Below, one piece after another: positions 32,141 through 42,982 of a stretch of 64,000 nt of DNA. Below the pieces are notes generated by a model that was given only the letters and a program-made list of their open reading frames with translations, did no database searches and had not been told where the DNA came from. The position numbers were made by a program, and so were the translations under genes. Positions within the stretch are counted from its first letter, which is position 1, and each line of letters begins with the position of its first letter. Where the stretch lies: positions 320,001 to 384,000 of the forward strand of contig CAWHIJ010000003.1 of assembly GCA_963829525.1 (NCBI GenBank), given 5' to 3'. Origin of the DNA: an uncultured Actinomycetota bacterium (lineage in GTDB: Bacteria > Actinomycetota > Actinomycetes > JAHEKZ01).

Positions 32141-33442
32141 CTACGGCAGCGGAGCGTCCGACGGCTCGTCAGACGCTGCGTCCGAGGTTGTATCGGCGTC
32201 CTCGCTGCCGGCTGACGACCGCAGGTCGATCACCGCGGGCGGCAACGTGCGGATGAGCGCCCACGAGCTGTACGCCACCGGCAGGATCAGGGCGATCGCC
32301 ATCGTGGACGTCGTGGGCAGCAGTGACGCCATGGCGCCGGCTGCCAGCGCGCCGAAAGCCTGGATACCCATCAGTCCGGGTTGCACGATCGAGACGAACG
32401 GTGCCCGCAACTGCTCGGGCACCATCATCATCGAGCCCGTCATGGTGGGGACGTCTGCGGCGATCGTGACGCCGAACGCAGCGACCGCGAGGAACGCCAA
32501 CACAACGGTAGTCATCCCCTGGCCCGAGCCCGCGAGTGCGAAGAACAGTGCGGCAGGGCTCGCCGCCAGAATCGTGATGGTGCACGAGATGCGGAGTAAT
32601 CGCGTCGGAGTCCCTTCGCGCGGAACGATGGTGCCGCTAAACGCACCGATCAGCGGTGCGGTGGCAATGAGTGCAGCCATCACCATCGGGTTGATGGCTT
32701 CGCTACGCAGGAACACCGGAAGGAGCGCGCTGATCGCGGCGTCGGCAAGTGCCAGCAGCAGGAAGAAGAAGAGCATCTGACGCAGCAGTCCGCGGCGAGA
32801 CATCAAAGTGAACGCATTGCGCGTGCGGGTGATCGGGGGTTCTGGCGGCGGAGGCTGCCGCCCGGCTGAGATGCCGAAGAGAAGCACGGCGGAGATCCCG
32901 AACGTGGCCGCATTCATGATGAGTGTCGCCTGAGGTCCGATCAGCAGCAGCAGCGCACCACCGGCTGCCAGACCAGCCGCCTGGGCCGTCTGGAAGGTGA
33001 CATTGCTCAGGGCGTAGCCGTCGGCCATCCGGTCCTCGCCGGCGGCCTCGGGGATGATCGCCGTGCGAGCCGCCTCAAAGGGTGGAGAAGCCAGACCGGC
33101 GACGAATGCCAGCGCCAGCAGCGACCACGTCGGCAACGGCAGCGCGATCAGTGCGAAGAGCACCATGCGAATGAGGTCCGAGCCGATCATCATCTTGCGC
33201 AGGGAGTAGCGCTGGGCGATTGGCGTGATGATCGGGCTCAGCAGGTAGGGAAGGTAGGTGACAGCCAGCGTTGCTGCCGTCAGGAACGCAGATCCGCTGC
33301 GGTCGTAGACCAGGACGGCGAGCGCGAATCGAGCTGCCCAGTCGCCAACCTCACTGAGGACCTGCGAGCCCCAGACGCGTCGCATGTCGCGGATTTGTAG
33401 AACGCTGAAGGAGGCAACGAACCGCTGTCGCGCCTGCCCCAT
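32141..33442 (-). CDS. MFS transporter (DHA3-like)
   Basis: SEVGDW, MIGSDLIR, about 12 hydrophobic segments. Confidence 0.85.
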   Translation of the reverse strand: MGQARQRFVASFSVLQIRDMRRVWGSQVLSEVGDWAARFALAVLVYDRSGSAFLTAATLAVTYLPYLLSPIITPIAQRYSLRKMMIGSDLIRMVLFALIALPLPTWSLLALAFVAGLASPPFEAARTAIIPEAAGEDRMADGYALSNVTFQTAQAAGLAAGGALLLLIGPQATLIMNAATFGISAVLLFGISAGRQPPPPEPPITRTRNAFTLMSRRGLLRQMLFFFLLLALADAAISALLPVFLRSEAINPMVMAALIATAPLIGAFSGTIVPREGTPTRLLRISCTITILAASPAALFFALAGSGQGMTTVVLAFLAVAAFGVTIAADVPTMTGSMMMVPEQLRAPFVSIVQPGLMGIQAFGALAAGAMASLLPTTSTMAIALILPVAYSSWALIRTLPPAVIDLRSSAGSEDADTTSDAASDEPSDAPLP

Positions 33443-33632
33443 CTGACCCCCTCAGGTCCTGGCTACCCCGCCGCGTATATGACCACAAATGAGGGGCGTG
33501 GGTGGCCAGATCGCCAGTTGCTACGCCTATTCGGCCTGTCCGGCTTACTCAGCTGCTCTCTCCGCGGTTGGCGCTGCGACGGTGAAAGCAGCGGGGCGCG
33601 GTGCCGTTTGTTACCCATATGGGCTTATTGCC

Positions 33633-33668
33633 CCTGTGCTCCACAGGTTGTCCACAGACTTTGGACAA
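33633..33668. promoter_or_regulatory. Cluster of DnaA-box-like motifs
   Basis: TTGTCCACA at 33648-33656, TGCTCCACA at 33637-33645, inverse TTGTCCAAA at 33660-33668. Confidence 0.4.
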
Positions 33669-33725
33669 AACGGACACGCTGTGCGCTTGCCCCCTCACCT
33701 TCTGTCACGACGGTGGCTCGGTCGC

Positions 33726-34403
33726 TTAGGGCAGTCGCCAGCCGATCGGGTCGGCACCCTGGGCGGTTAGAGCGGCGTTCACCCGGCTAAAGGGGCGAGA
33801 TCCGAAGAAGCCACGCGATGCAGAGAGCGGGCTCGGGTGGGTGCTGACGATCTGCGGGACGTCACCCAACACGGGCGCGAGACTCTGCGCGTCTCGTCCC
33901 CAGAGGACGGCGACCAGCGGGCCGCCACGCTCGGCCAGCGCCTTCATGGCTGCTTCGGTCACTTGCTCCCAGCCCTTCCCGCGGTGAGACGCAGGCGTTC
34001 CCGGCTGCACTGTGAGCACCCGGTTAAGCAGCATGACCCCGCGATCGGTCCAGGGGGAGAGATCGCCGGTGGTGGGACGGGGCACGCCAAGGTCGTCTGT
34101 GAGCTCGGTGAAGATGTTGGTCAGGCTCTTCGGAAGCGGCCGCACCTCGGGAGCGACCGAGAACGAGAGCCCTACCGGGTGGCCGGGCGTCGGATACGGA
34201 TCCTGCCCGACGATGAGCACGCGGACGGCGTCCAACGGCGTCTGGAAGGCTCGCAGCACGTTCTCGCCAGTAGGAAGGTATCCGCGTCCAGCCGCGACTT
34301 CTGTGCGCAGGAACTCGCCGATCCGCGCGATGGTCGTGGCCTGAGGTTCGAGGGCCGGCAACCACGACGGGTCGACGAGCTCGGCGAGCGGGCGAGGGGC
34401 CAT
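33726..34403 (-). CDS. ung: Uracil-DNA glycosylase (family 1)
   Basis: [25 protein letters not shown]. Confidence 0.96.
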   Translation of the reverse strand: MAPRPLAELVDPSWLPALEPQATTIARIGEFLRTEVAAGRGYLPTGENVLRAFQTPLDAVRVLIVGQDPYPTPGHPVGLSFSVAPEVRPLPKSLTNIFTELTDDLGVPRPTTGDLSPWTDRGVMLLNRVLTVQPGTPASHRGKGWEQVTEAAMKALAERGGPLVAVLWGRDAQSLAPVLGDVPQIVSTHPSPLSASRGFFGSRPFSRVNAALTAQGADPIGWRLP

Positions 34404-34446
34404 GGGGGATGAGCGTAGAGGCGTCCGCCCAGCTACGGTGACCGGC

Positions 34447-34902
34447 GTGACTTTCACGCTCGAGCATGTGCGCTACGACTCGCCCGACGCGCACATGCTG
34501 ATCGAGGAGCTGCAGGAGGAGTACGTCATCCGCTACGGAGGCCGCGACGAGACCCCTGTTGATCCTGACGACTTCGCTGCTCCCAAGGGCACTTTCCTTC
34601 TCGCGTACCGCGACGCCCAGCTCGTCGGTTGCGCGGGTATGCGGCGAAGGTCCGACGAGGACGTCGAGGTGAAGCGGATGTTCATCCGCCGTCCCTACCG
34701 TGGGCGTGGATACTCGCGTGACCTGCTAGCTCTCGTCGAGGACGAGGCCCGCACCATGGGGTTCACCCGGATCCTGATGGAGAGCGGGCTGGCCCAGCCT
34801 GAGGCGATGGGGCTCTACGAGACCAGCGGCTACGAGCGGATCCCCGGCTTCGGCCACTACCGCAACGAGCCGCAGAACCGCTGCTACGCCAAGGAGTTAT
34901 GA
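34447..34902 (+). CDS. GNAT acetyltransferase
   Basis: [24 protein letters not shown]; TACGGT -10 box before the GTG at 34447. Confidence 0.85.
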   Translation: MTFTLEHVRYDSPDAHMLIEELQEEYVIRYGGRDETPVDPDDFAAPKGTFLLAYRDAQLVGCAGMRRRSDEDVEVKRMFIRRPYRGRGYSRDLLALVEDEARTMGFTRILMESGLAQPEAMGLYETSGYERIPGFGHYRNEPQNRCYAKEL

Positions 34903-34920
34903 CGTGGACGGGGCGCTGGG

Positions 34921-35005
34921 CGGAGGGTGAGGGATTTGAACCCCCGGATGCTTTCGCATCGCTCGCTTTCAAGGCGAGTGCAATCGGCCGCTCTGCCAAC
35001 CCTCC
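34921..35005 (-). tRNA. tRNA-Ser(TGA)
   Basis: GGAGGGT/ACCCTCC acceptor stem, CTTGAAA anticodon loop, long variable arm, GTTCAAATC T-loop. Confidence 0.95.
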
Positions 35006-35081
35006 CGGGGTGGTCATTCTGCCGTACCCGGGAACGCAGATCACAACGTGTTGGCTCTCTGGGGTCATCCCCCCAGCCAAC

Positions 35082-36056
35082 TCACACGTTGTGAGGCGCA
35101 AAGTCGGCGGCGAGCCGCTCGAACCCCTCGGCAAGTGAGACGGCGGGCGTCCACTGCAGACGCTCATGGGTGCGGCGCTGGTCGAACCAGTGCGCGGTCG
35201 ACAGCTGCTCGGCCAGGAACCGGGTCATGGGGGGTTCCCCCTCGCGGCCGGTGGCCGCCCACGCCCGCTCGACAATCGCACCGGCTCCGGTCGCCACGGC
35301 GCGCGACACCGAACGAGTCGGTTCGGCAACGCCTGCCGCCCTGCAGATGCGGGTGAGCAGCTCCGCGACCGTCCTCGGCTCACCGTTGGTCACGACGAAG
35401 GCCTCGCCGCTGATGTCGCCAACACGGTCAAGGGCAGCCACCAGAGCGTCTGCGGCGTTGTCGAGGTAGGTCGTATCGATGAGCGCGCTACCACCGTTGA
35501 TCAGCACGAGACGCCCGGACGCCGCCCGCTCCACAATGCGACCCACCAGCTGGGTGTCGCCAGGACCCCAGACCAAGTGCGGTCGTACAGCCACCGCCGC
35601 CAGCGAGTCGTCGACGGCGCCGAGCACCAGCTGCTCGGCCATCGCCTTGCTGCGCGCGTAATGACCGTGAGCGCGATCAGGGTCGGCGGGGTCGGCGTCT
35701 GCAGCGACGAGCGGCTCGCCGAAGTGGGCCACGGACGGGGACGAGACATGAACCAGCCGCGGAACGTTGTGCGCGCGAACGGAGTCCAGCACGTTCTGCG
35801 TCCCGCCGACGTTGACCGACTCGAACTCGTCCCAGTCGCCGACGACGGACACGCGAGCCGCGAGGTGCACAACGGCGTCCGCACCGACAACAGCAGAGGA
35901 AACGGTGTCCGCGTGACGGATGTCTCCGCGCACCTGGCGCCAAGGGCCTGTGGCCTCGCCCCGCTGCATCGTGACGACGTCGTCCCCACGCTCGTGCAAC
36001 AGTTGCGCGACGGCTGCACCAAGCAGACTGGTGCCGCCGGTGACGAGCACCCTCAC
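35082..36056 (-). CDS. oleD: 2-alkyl-3-oxoalkanoate reductase (3-beta-HSD-like SDR)
   Basis: VTGGTSLLG, SSPSV, YARSK, RPHLVWGPGD; last gene of the ole operon. Confidence 0.85.
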   Translation of the reverse strand: MRVLVTGGTSLLGAAVAQLLHERGDDVVTMQRGEATGPWRQVRGDIRHADTVSSAVVGADAVVHLAARVSVVGDWDEFESVNVGGTQNVLDSVRAHNVPRLVHVSSPSVAHFGEPLVAADADPADPDRAHGHYARSKAMAEQLVLGAVDDSLAAVAVRPHLVWGPGDTQLVGRIVERAASGRLVLINGGSALIDTTYLDNAADALVAALDRVGDISGEAFVVTNGEPRTVAELLTRICRAAGVAEPTRSVSRAVATGAGAIVERAWAATGREGEPPMTRFLAEQLSTAHWFDQRRTHERLQWTPAVSLAEGFERLAADFAPHNV

Positions 36057-38623
36057 GAGCCGGCTCCACCGCCGGCGAGCACCTCGGCGGCCATGGCGGA
36101 GACCTCGAGCCGGTCGATCTTTGAGTTGTGTCGGATGTCGACCGGCAGCTCGTCCACCACAAGTGCCGCGGCGAAGTCGACTCCTGCCGCGAGTCGCAGC
36201 GTGTCAACTAGATCGATGGATGCGACACCCTCGGTCTGCTGCGGCGCTTCAACAACTGCGACGACCACTTGACGACCGGGGGGCCCTACCCCGACGACGG
36301 CAGCAAGAGCAACGGCGTCAAGCCGCTCGAGCCGTTGCTCAGGACCCACGGGCGTCACGACGCCCGCTGGTGTCGTTATCACGTGAGCGATGCGTCCTTC
36401 AACCCAGAGTCGGCCGTCGACATCGAGGTGGCCGATGTCGCCGGTGCGGTGCCACCCGTGATCGCGCGCGCTGTCGCGCTGGGTGGCCCAGAGCTGGTCG
36501 TAGTGGTCCTTGACGTGTGGTCCACGTACGCAGATCTCGCCACTGACGTCGGGGGTGTCGGTCAGGGGCCCGGTCGGTGCACCGGACTGATCGAGCGGGC
36601 TGATCGCCACCTGCACCCCGGTGACCGGATGGCCGACTAGCACCCCGTTGCCCCGTCCACCGACTTCGAGTTCTGCGAGGGTGACGTCAGCGACGGGTAG
36701 CGCCTCGGTCATGCCGTAAGGCGTGTGCGCCTCGCAACCCCCCAGCAAATTGGACGCCGCGCGCAGCGTCTCGCGCGATACAGGCGCTCCGGCCGACAAC
36801 AGGAGACGTACGCGGGCGCATCGTGCGCGCTGAGCAGGATCGAGCGTGGACGCAGTGCGCACGATGTTGCGCAGGGCAGCGGGTGCCGCGAAGACGAGAG
36901 AGGCGTCAATGGCAGCGATCGCGTTCGCGAGCGCATTCGAGGTGAGGGTGCCTGGCTTCGTGACGTCCATGTCGGGAACGGCCGATGCAATGCCGAGCGC
37001 TGGTCCGAAGAGCGCGAACGGCGCGAAGGCGGCGACCAGACGGTCACCGGGGCGGATGCCGAACGTGGCACGCACGATGTCACGTTGAGCCTCAAGCTGG
37101 GCGTGGCGATACACGACGCCCTTGGCCGGCCCCGTCGCACCGGAGGTGAAGAGCACCGCAGCCTGGGCCGTGACCGGTGGCGTGGACGACGTCGGCAGCT
37201 GGCGCCCGATCTGGGCCAGCTCGACGACGGTGTAGTCGACACCGAGGGCGCGGCGCAGGCCAGGGCCGAATCCGCCGACGGAGATGAACGTGCCGCGTAG
37301 CCCCATCCCCTTGGCAGCGCTCAAACCGCGTGCGACACCGATCACGTGCTGAACGCCCGCGCCGCGCAGGGCACGACGTAGGCCAGGGAGCCCGAGCCCG
37401 GCATCGGCGATGACCGGTACGGCTCCGGCACGCCAGGTGGCGTAGAGAACTGCGGTGAGATCAGCGCCAGGGGGAACGAGCAACGCCACCCGGTCCGCAG
37501 GTCGTACGCCGACGGCGGTCAGCCCCGCTGAGACGTCCCGAACGGTGGCCGCCAGCTGCTTCCAGGTGATGGTTCTGGCCGGCCCGCGACGGCCCATCTC
37601 GATGACGGCGACGGCGTTGTCGCCCGCGCGTCCCTCCAGCGCCGACCAGAGTGTGCGGCGTTCAGGCCCGGTTGTGGGTAGCAGCGGAGGGTGCGTGCGC
37701 AGCTCGCGCGTGCGACCAGCTGTGAGATCGTCGGCAAAACGCCGGACGGTGGCGGCAACGGGGGCATCTTCGATGACGAGGTGGCCGGCGCCCTCGAAGC
37801 GATGCGTCTGAGCCTGGGGCAACCGCCGTTGCAGGTCGCGAAGGTAGCGGTCAGCGAAGACCGGGTCGCGGGGACCCCAGAGCAGCAGCGTCGGGATGTC
37901 TCGAAGCACCGGCAGTCCTTCGGCCACCTCCTCAAGCGTCTCGCCGCTCGGGTGGTTGGCCTCAAGAGGAATGTCGGCGACGAAGTCGGCGATCGACTGC
38001 CGACTTGCAGCCGACCGGTAGGGAGCGCGGTAGGCGTCGGCAACGCCTCGAGGCAGAGCGGGATGCGCCAACCGGAGCGTGCCGTCGAGGAAGGTGCGGG
38101 TTCGCTGGGTCACGGTACGCAGCAGCCCACCTGCGCGAGCGGCGGAGATCAGTGGCGGGATGTGCGCACCGTCAGGCTGGCTGACGGCGGTGTTGAGCAG
38201 CACGATTCCGGACACGAGCTCGCGGTGCCGTTGCGACCAGCCGAGGGAGATCGGGCCACCCCAGTCGTGCGCAACGACGAGCACCGGCGCAGTGACGTCG
38301 AGTGTGTCCGTCAGTGAACCGAGCTGGTCTATTCGGTCGGCGAGTGTGTGGACTTCGCCGGTTCGTTCGCTGAAGCCCATACCGAGATGGTCGGGGGCGA
38401 TCACCCGCCAGCTGTCCGACAGCTCAGCGACCAGCGACCGAAAGGTGTACGACCACGTGGGGTTCCCATGCACACACAGCACGGTGCCCACTGGGTCAGC
38501 TGGGGCAGCGTCGAGGACGTGCCACTCGTGTTGGATGCCGCGGCTGTCTGGCGCCGTGACGATCTTTGACCATTGCGGATCGAGACCCGGAAGGTCGGAG
38601 GGAGGGAGAGACGCGCCGGTCAC
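36053..38623 (-). CDS. oleBC: OleB-OleC fusion (beta-lactone decarboxylase alpha/beta hydrolase + beta-lactone synthetase)
   Basis: HGNPTW and HDWGG in the N-terminal domain; FTSGATGPAKG, PYGMTE, HRTGD, DIRHNSKI in the ANL domain. Confidence 0.88.
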   Translation of the reverse strand: MTGASLPPSDLPGLDPQWSKIVTAPDSRGIQHEWHVLDAAPADPVGTVLCVHGNPTWSYTFRSLVAELSDSWRVIAPDHLGMGFSERTGEVHTLADRIDQLGSLTDTLDVTAPVLVVAHDWGGPISLGWSQRHRELVSGIVLLNTAVSQPDGAHIPPLISAARAGGLLRTVTQRTRTFLDGTLRLAHPALPRGVADAYRAPYRSAASRQSIADFVADIPLEANHPSGETLEEVAEGLPVLRDIPTLLLWGPRDPVFADRYLRDLQRRLPQAQTHRFEGAGHLVIEDAPVAATVRRFADDLTAGRTRELRTHPPLLPTTGPERRTLWSALEGRAGDNAVAVIEMGRRGPARTITWKQLAATVRDVSAGLTAVGVRPADRVALLVPPGADLTAVLYATWRAGAVPVIADAGLGLPGLRRALRGAGVQHVIGVARGLSAAKGMGLRGTFISVGGFGPGLRRALGVDYTVVELAQIGRQLPTSSTPPVTAQAAVLFTSGATGPAKGVVYRHAQLEAQRDIVRATFGIRPGDRLVAAFAPFALFGPALGIASAVPDMDVTKPGTLTSNALANAIAAIDASLVFAAPAALRNIVRTASTLDPAQRARCARVRLLLSAGAPVSRETLRAASNLLGGCEAHTPYGMTEALPVADVTLAELEVGGRGNGVLVGHPVTGVQVAISPLDQSGAPTGPLTDTPDVSGEICVRGPHVKDHYDQLWATQRDSARDHGWHRTGDIGHLDVDGRLWVEGRIAHVITTPAGVVTPVGPEQRLERLDAVALAAVVGVGPPGRQVVVAVVEAPQQTEGVASIDLVDTLRLAAGVDFAAALVVDELPVDIRHNSKIDRLEVSAMAAEVLAGGGAGS

Positions 38624-39636
38624 CAGACGATTTCGCAGAAGGCGGTGTTCAGACCCGAACCGATGCCCATGCAGAGCACGCGGTCACCTGGCATGAGGTT
38701 GTCGACCTCGTGAGCGAGGGTGAAGGGCACGGACGCAGGACCGATGTTGCCGAAGAACGGGAACGACAGCGGCACCTTCTTCTGGTCGATGCCGAGCCGC
38801 TCACAGAGCGCGCTGGTATGCACTCGGGAGACCTGGTGGATGATGAACCGGTCGGCGTCCGACCAGTCGAAGTCGCCCGTCTTCCAGGCGGCCTCGGCAA
38901 GATCGAGGCCGGCGTCCATGAGGCCTCGGGCGTCGGTGTGCATCTGCTCCATGTCGCCGACGCAGAGGCCGTGGTGTTCGGTGCCGGCCCGGGACACCCC
39001 ACCTATGACGCGGTGACCCTCGCTGTGAAGGTCGCTACGGCCAAGCACCATCGCCGCTGCACCCGACCCCAGCGTCAAGGTGGCGAACTCGCTGAAGAAG
39101 TCGGCCGTTGTTGCCATCGGCGAGCAGAGTCGGCGGATGGTGTTCTCCTGGACCTTCTGCGCGTCCTCACCGTTGACGATGAGGGCGTAGTCGATGTGTC
39201 CGGCGTCGATCATCGTGGCGGCTATATGAATGCCATTGACAAAACCGAGGCAGGCGTTGGCCAGGTCGAAGTTCATCGCTGAGGGCGGCAGCCCGAGCTT
39301 GTGGTGGATCCCGACGGCCGTCGACGGTTCGAGGAAGGCCCTCGACACCGATGAGTTGATCATGAGGCCGATCTGGGATGGGTCGACGCCGGCCTGCGCG
39401 ATCGCCTTGGCGCCGGCCATGGCGGCACCGTCGGCGAAGTTCATGCCCTCGGGCCACCATCGGCGCTCATGGATGCCAGCGAGCCCTTCAAGCAGCCCAG
39501 GGCGGGCGCCAAGGCGCTCGTAGGCAGGAGCCAGCTGCTCGTCGAGCTCGGTGGAGGTGACCACGACTGGGGCTTCGATCGCCACGACCGACAGCACTGA
39601 CGTGCGGGAGTGGCGGAAGGTTGAGTTGCCGTCCAT
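38620..39636 (-). CDS. oleA: Acyl-CoA:acyl-CoA alkyltransferase (FabH-like thiolase)
   Basis: LEPSTA (Glu), NACLGF (Cys), IHQVS, GNIGPAS, GIGSGLN. Confidence 0.88.
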   Translation of the reverse strand: MDGNSTFRHSRTSVLSVVAIEAPVVVTSTELDEQLAPAYERLGARPGLLEGLAGIHERRWWPEGMNFADGAAMAGAKAIAQAGVDPSQIGLMINSSVSRAFLEPSTAVGIHHKLGLPPSAMNFDLANACLGFVNGIHIAATMIDAGHIDYALIVNGEDAQKVQENTIRRLCSPMATTADFFSEFATLTLGSGAAAMVLGRSDLHSEGHRVIGGVSRAGTEHHGLCVGDMEQMHTDARGLMDAGLDLAEAAWKTGDFDWSDADRFIIHQVSRVHTSALCERLGIDQKKVPLSFPFFGNIGPASVPFTLAHEVDNLMPGDRVLCMGIGSGLNTAFCEIVW

Positions 39637-39700
39637 CAATTCCTCTCTGGGTAACCGCGAAAGTGTCCCATGAGGGGTAGTGATGGTCCGAACTCAGGGC

Positions 39701-41158
39701 TCAGAGGTTGATGACAGCCGCAGCGCCGTGCCGCCTGTGGTCGCCGGTGGCCTCCAGGCGACCATCGGGATGCCGCATCACCGCATTGACGCCGCCGAAG
39801 TACATGCTGCCGCGGCTCCAGCGATTGACTGGGCCCAGCGGTGCCAGGTCAGCGGCGACCCCCTCGGCCACGTCTGGCTCGAGCTGGCTGGTCGTGCCAT
39901 CGAAGTGCACCCGTGGTGCGGCGACCGCCTCGGCAAGGGGGAGGCCGGCCACCAGGTGTGTGACCGTCTGCAACAACGCGCTGCGGATGCGCTCGCTGCC
40001 ACCACTGCCGATCGCCACTACTGACCCGTCAGCGAGATCGAGAAGGCTGGGCGCCATCATTGACGCGACCCGGGTGCCGGGCTCGGCGTCATGGAAGCCA
40101 TCGGGATGCAGGTCCGCCTCGCCCAGCATGTTGTTCAGCTGGACGCCGGTTCCGGGGACGAGGACTCCTGAACACGAGCCGTTGGACGTCGTCATCGAGG
40201 CGACCATTCCGTCGGCGTCGATCACGCTGACGTGCGTCGTGCCCTTGGACGAGCTGGCGACGTTGCGCCGGGTCTTCTGCGCCTCGGTCGCAAGGTGCAG
40301 TGCTTCCACCAGATCCCGGGGTCTCGGACGTGAGTCACGCTCGTCACCGTCGAGTTCGCGCAGAGCGGCGCAGACGATCGAACCGCCAAACGAAGGTGGT
40401 GGGTTCGTCGTCAGCCGGGCTCCCCGGTAGTCGACGTGATGCGGCGCGCGGGCCTGCACGCGGTAGGACGCGAGGTCGTCATGGGTGAGGAGGCCATCGC
40501 TGGCGCGCATCCGGCTCAACAGTTCCTGCGTCTGGGGGATCTGGACCCAGCTCTCCGGATCGAGGCGTCCGAGCTGGTCGAGGAACCTTGCGTACTCAGA
40601 ATTGGCGAAGCGGTCACCGGCAAGGCGGGGTCGGCCTTCGGGAAGAAAGAGGTGGGCCGCGTCTGGGCTGAGGGCAAAGATGGCGCGCAGCAGCTGCAGC
40701 ACTTCGGCCTGGGTGGAACTGAGCACGGCACCCTGTCTAGCCAGGTTGCCGGCTGGCGCCACCACCTGTGAAAGGGGAATCCTGCCGAGCCTGCGGTGGG
40801 CAGCGAGGTAGCCACTGAGAACGCCGGGTACAGCCACAGATCCGAACCCTGCGTGAAATGTCTGCTCGGCGTCAGAGAAGACGACTGTGACGGGGGTGAA
40901 GTGGGGGGTCAGCTCTCCAGGTGGGAGGCCTTGCCCCGGGACGTCGACGAAGAAGTCCAACAGCTCGGTTTCGCCGGTGGGGCGCCGGGTGAGCAAGAAG
41001 CCACCACCGCCCAGGCTGGTAAGTCCTGGTTCTGCCACGGCGGCGGCGAACCCGGCCCCAAGTGCGGCGTCCACGGCGTTCCCCCCAGCACGAAGCACGG
41101 CGACTGCCGCCCCGACGGTCTGCCGGTCACCCGCGGCAACGGCCGCCTGCCCACCCAT
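39701..41158 (-). CDS. ggt: Gamma-glutamyltransferase family protein
   Basis: GGNAVDAA, LGGGGF, TTHVSVID nucleophile, NNMLGE, SMMAP, GSGGSERI. Confidence 0.88.
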   Translation of the reverse strand: MGGQAAVAAGDRQTVGAAVAVLRAGGNAVDAALGAGFAAAVAEPGLTSLGGGGFLLTRRPTGETELLDFFVDVPGQGLPPGELTPHFTPVTVVFSDAEQTFHAGFGSVAVPGVLSGYLAAHRRLGRIPLSQVVAPAGNLARQGAVLSSTQAEVLQLLRAIFALSPDAAHLFLPEGRPRLAGDRFANSEYARFLDQLGRLDPESWVQIPQTQELLSRMRASDGLLTHDDLASYRVQARAPHHVDYRGARLTTNPPPSFGGSIVCAALRELDGDERDSRPRPRDLVEALHLATEAQKTRRNVASSSKGTTHVSVIDADGMVASMTTSNGSCSGVLVPGTGVQLNNMLGEADLHPDGFHDAEPGTRVASMMAPSLLDLADGSVVAIGSGGSERIRSALLQTVTHLVAGLPLAEAVAAPRVHFDGTTSQLEPDVAEGVAADLAPLGPVNRWSRGSMYFGGVNAVMRHPDGRLEATGDHRRHGAAAVINL

Positions 41159-41238
41159 AGGCCGGAGAGTAACCACCGGCCTCGCCGTTACACACTGTCA
41201 CCCGTTCGGCCCGCCGCAGAGTGACTAATCCGGACGGA

Positions 41239-41266
41239 TCAAGAAAGGTCCAGTGGCTGCCGACAC
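41239..41266 (+). promoter_or_regulatory. Sigma-28 (WhiG/FliA)-like promoter
   Basis: TCAA-N16-GCCGACAC about 110 nt upstream of the MCP start. Confidence 0.55.
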
Positions 41267-41375
41267 AACTGATGTCTCGCCCGGATCGCTCGCGGGTGCG
41301 CCCTGTTTGGGGTGCGCTCGATTGAGTTGCTCGGGACGCGATGGCCGGGGGCGTTTCGACAGGCGGAAAGGCGCA

Positions 41376-42906
41376 ATGGACAACCCGCAGCAGTTGGCGC
41401 GCACTGGCGCCTTGGCGGCATGGGTCAATGCCGGCCTGGGCCTGGTGCTGACCGTGCTGATCCACGTCGCCGACAAGTCGGTCCCCGTGGCCCTCCTTCC
41501 CGCCCTGATCTGGTGCGTACTGGGATTCGCCTTTGCGGCCAGTCGTGACGGTCTTGGCCCGGAGAGCGGCTAGCCAGCGACTCGAGGTCGGCAACCGTCG
41601 TCTTGCGCATGCCCTGATCACCACCGAGATGGTGTGGGTCGCGGGCCTCGTCGCGCTTACCGGCGGTTTACGCAGTCCCGTCTGGGTGCTGTTCGTCACC
41701 GTTGCCGTCTTCGTGGCCGATGTCGTCGAGCGCAAGGGACTGGCCACCTTCACTCTGCTCGCACTCGGCATGCTCTTCGCGGCGGCTCTCGCGTCCGGAA
41801 CCTTCAGCCTGCAGGTTCTGCCATGGTTGCTGGCTGCCGCAGCGATCATCCCGCTCACCGTCGGGTTCGACGAGATGCTCAAGTCCGGTATCCATGAGGG
41901 TCACAACACTCGGTTGCAGCGGAGCGTCGAAGAGCTCTCGGTGTCTTTGGGACAGGCTGCCGAGGGTGATCTCGCAGTTGCCATCCCAACGCCGGATGGC
42001 GACGATGTGGCGCTTCACTCGCTGGCGATCAACATCGACGAGACGTTGGTCTCGCTGCGTATGTTGGTCGATCGAGTCCGCGATGGTGGTGAGCGCATAT
42101 CGGTGAGTGCGCAAGAGCTGCAGTCAGCTGCCGAACTTCAGGCGTCAGCCTCGTCGAAGCAGTCGGGTGCGGTGACCGAGTCGACAGTGACCTTGCAGCA
42201 GCTCGCTGACATGGCCGAGACGATCGCTTCCTCCAGCGCCGAAGTAGTCGACCAGGCGGCGTTGACCTACCGTTATGCCGAGGAAGGCCAAGAGGCTGTC
42301 ACGAACGCCGTCGACGCAATCGATGCGATCGCCCATCGTTCCCGGTTGGTGGCCGAGCGGACCGCTGCGCTGGCCGACAAGTCAGGTGAGATCGGCCGCA
42401 TTCTCGATGTGATCGACGAACTTGCCAACCAGACCAACTTGCTCGCGTTGAACGCTGCGATCGAGGCCGCCCGTGCCGGTGAGCATGGCCGGGGCTTTGC
42501 CGTTGTTGCTGCGGAGGTTCGCAAGCTGGCTGAGCGTGCCCAGGCGTCGACCAAGCAGATCCAGACGATCGTCTCGGAGATCCAAGCCGAGATGCGGGCC
42601 ACAACGGCGGCGACGGCAGAAGGTGCAGAGGAAGTACTCAACGGCGTTGCCCTCGCCCGCGATGTCGTGACCGTCCTCGAGCGCATCTCCGAGGTTGCTG
42701 ACGAGACGACGACGGCAGCACGCGAGATCTCCAACGCCTCCGCACAGCAGCGTACGGCCTCGGCCGAGGTCGCTTCTGCGATGAATGACGTCGTTGGCGT
42801 CTCCGAGCAGACCGCGACAGGTTCGCGCGAGGCGGCCCATGCAGCCGCATCCCTCACGTCCCTGGCCGACGACCTCAGAGAGTCGATCTCCCGCTTCCGC
42901 ATCTAA
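41376..42906 (+). CDS. Methyl-accepting chemotaxis protein with multi-TM N-terminus; apparent +1 frameshift near 41541
   Basis: [35 protein letters not shown]; the N-terminal TM segments from ATG 41376 lie in the adjacent frame. Confidence 0.88.
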
Positions 42907-42911
42907 GGCTC

Positions 42912-42965
42912 GCCGAGTGCACATCTGGCTGACGCCGAGGCTTGCCGAGTGCACATCAGGCTGAC
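42912..42965 (+). repeat. Two units GCCGAGTGCACATCWGGCTGAC, 32-bp period
   Basis: Units at 42912 and 42944. Confidence 0.8.
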
Positions 42966-42982
42966 ACAGTTCGCCGTCGGGT

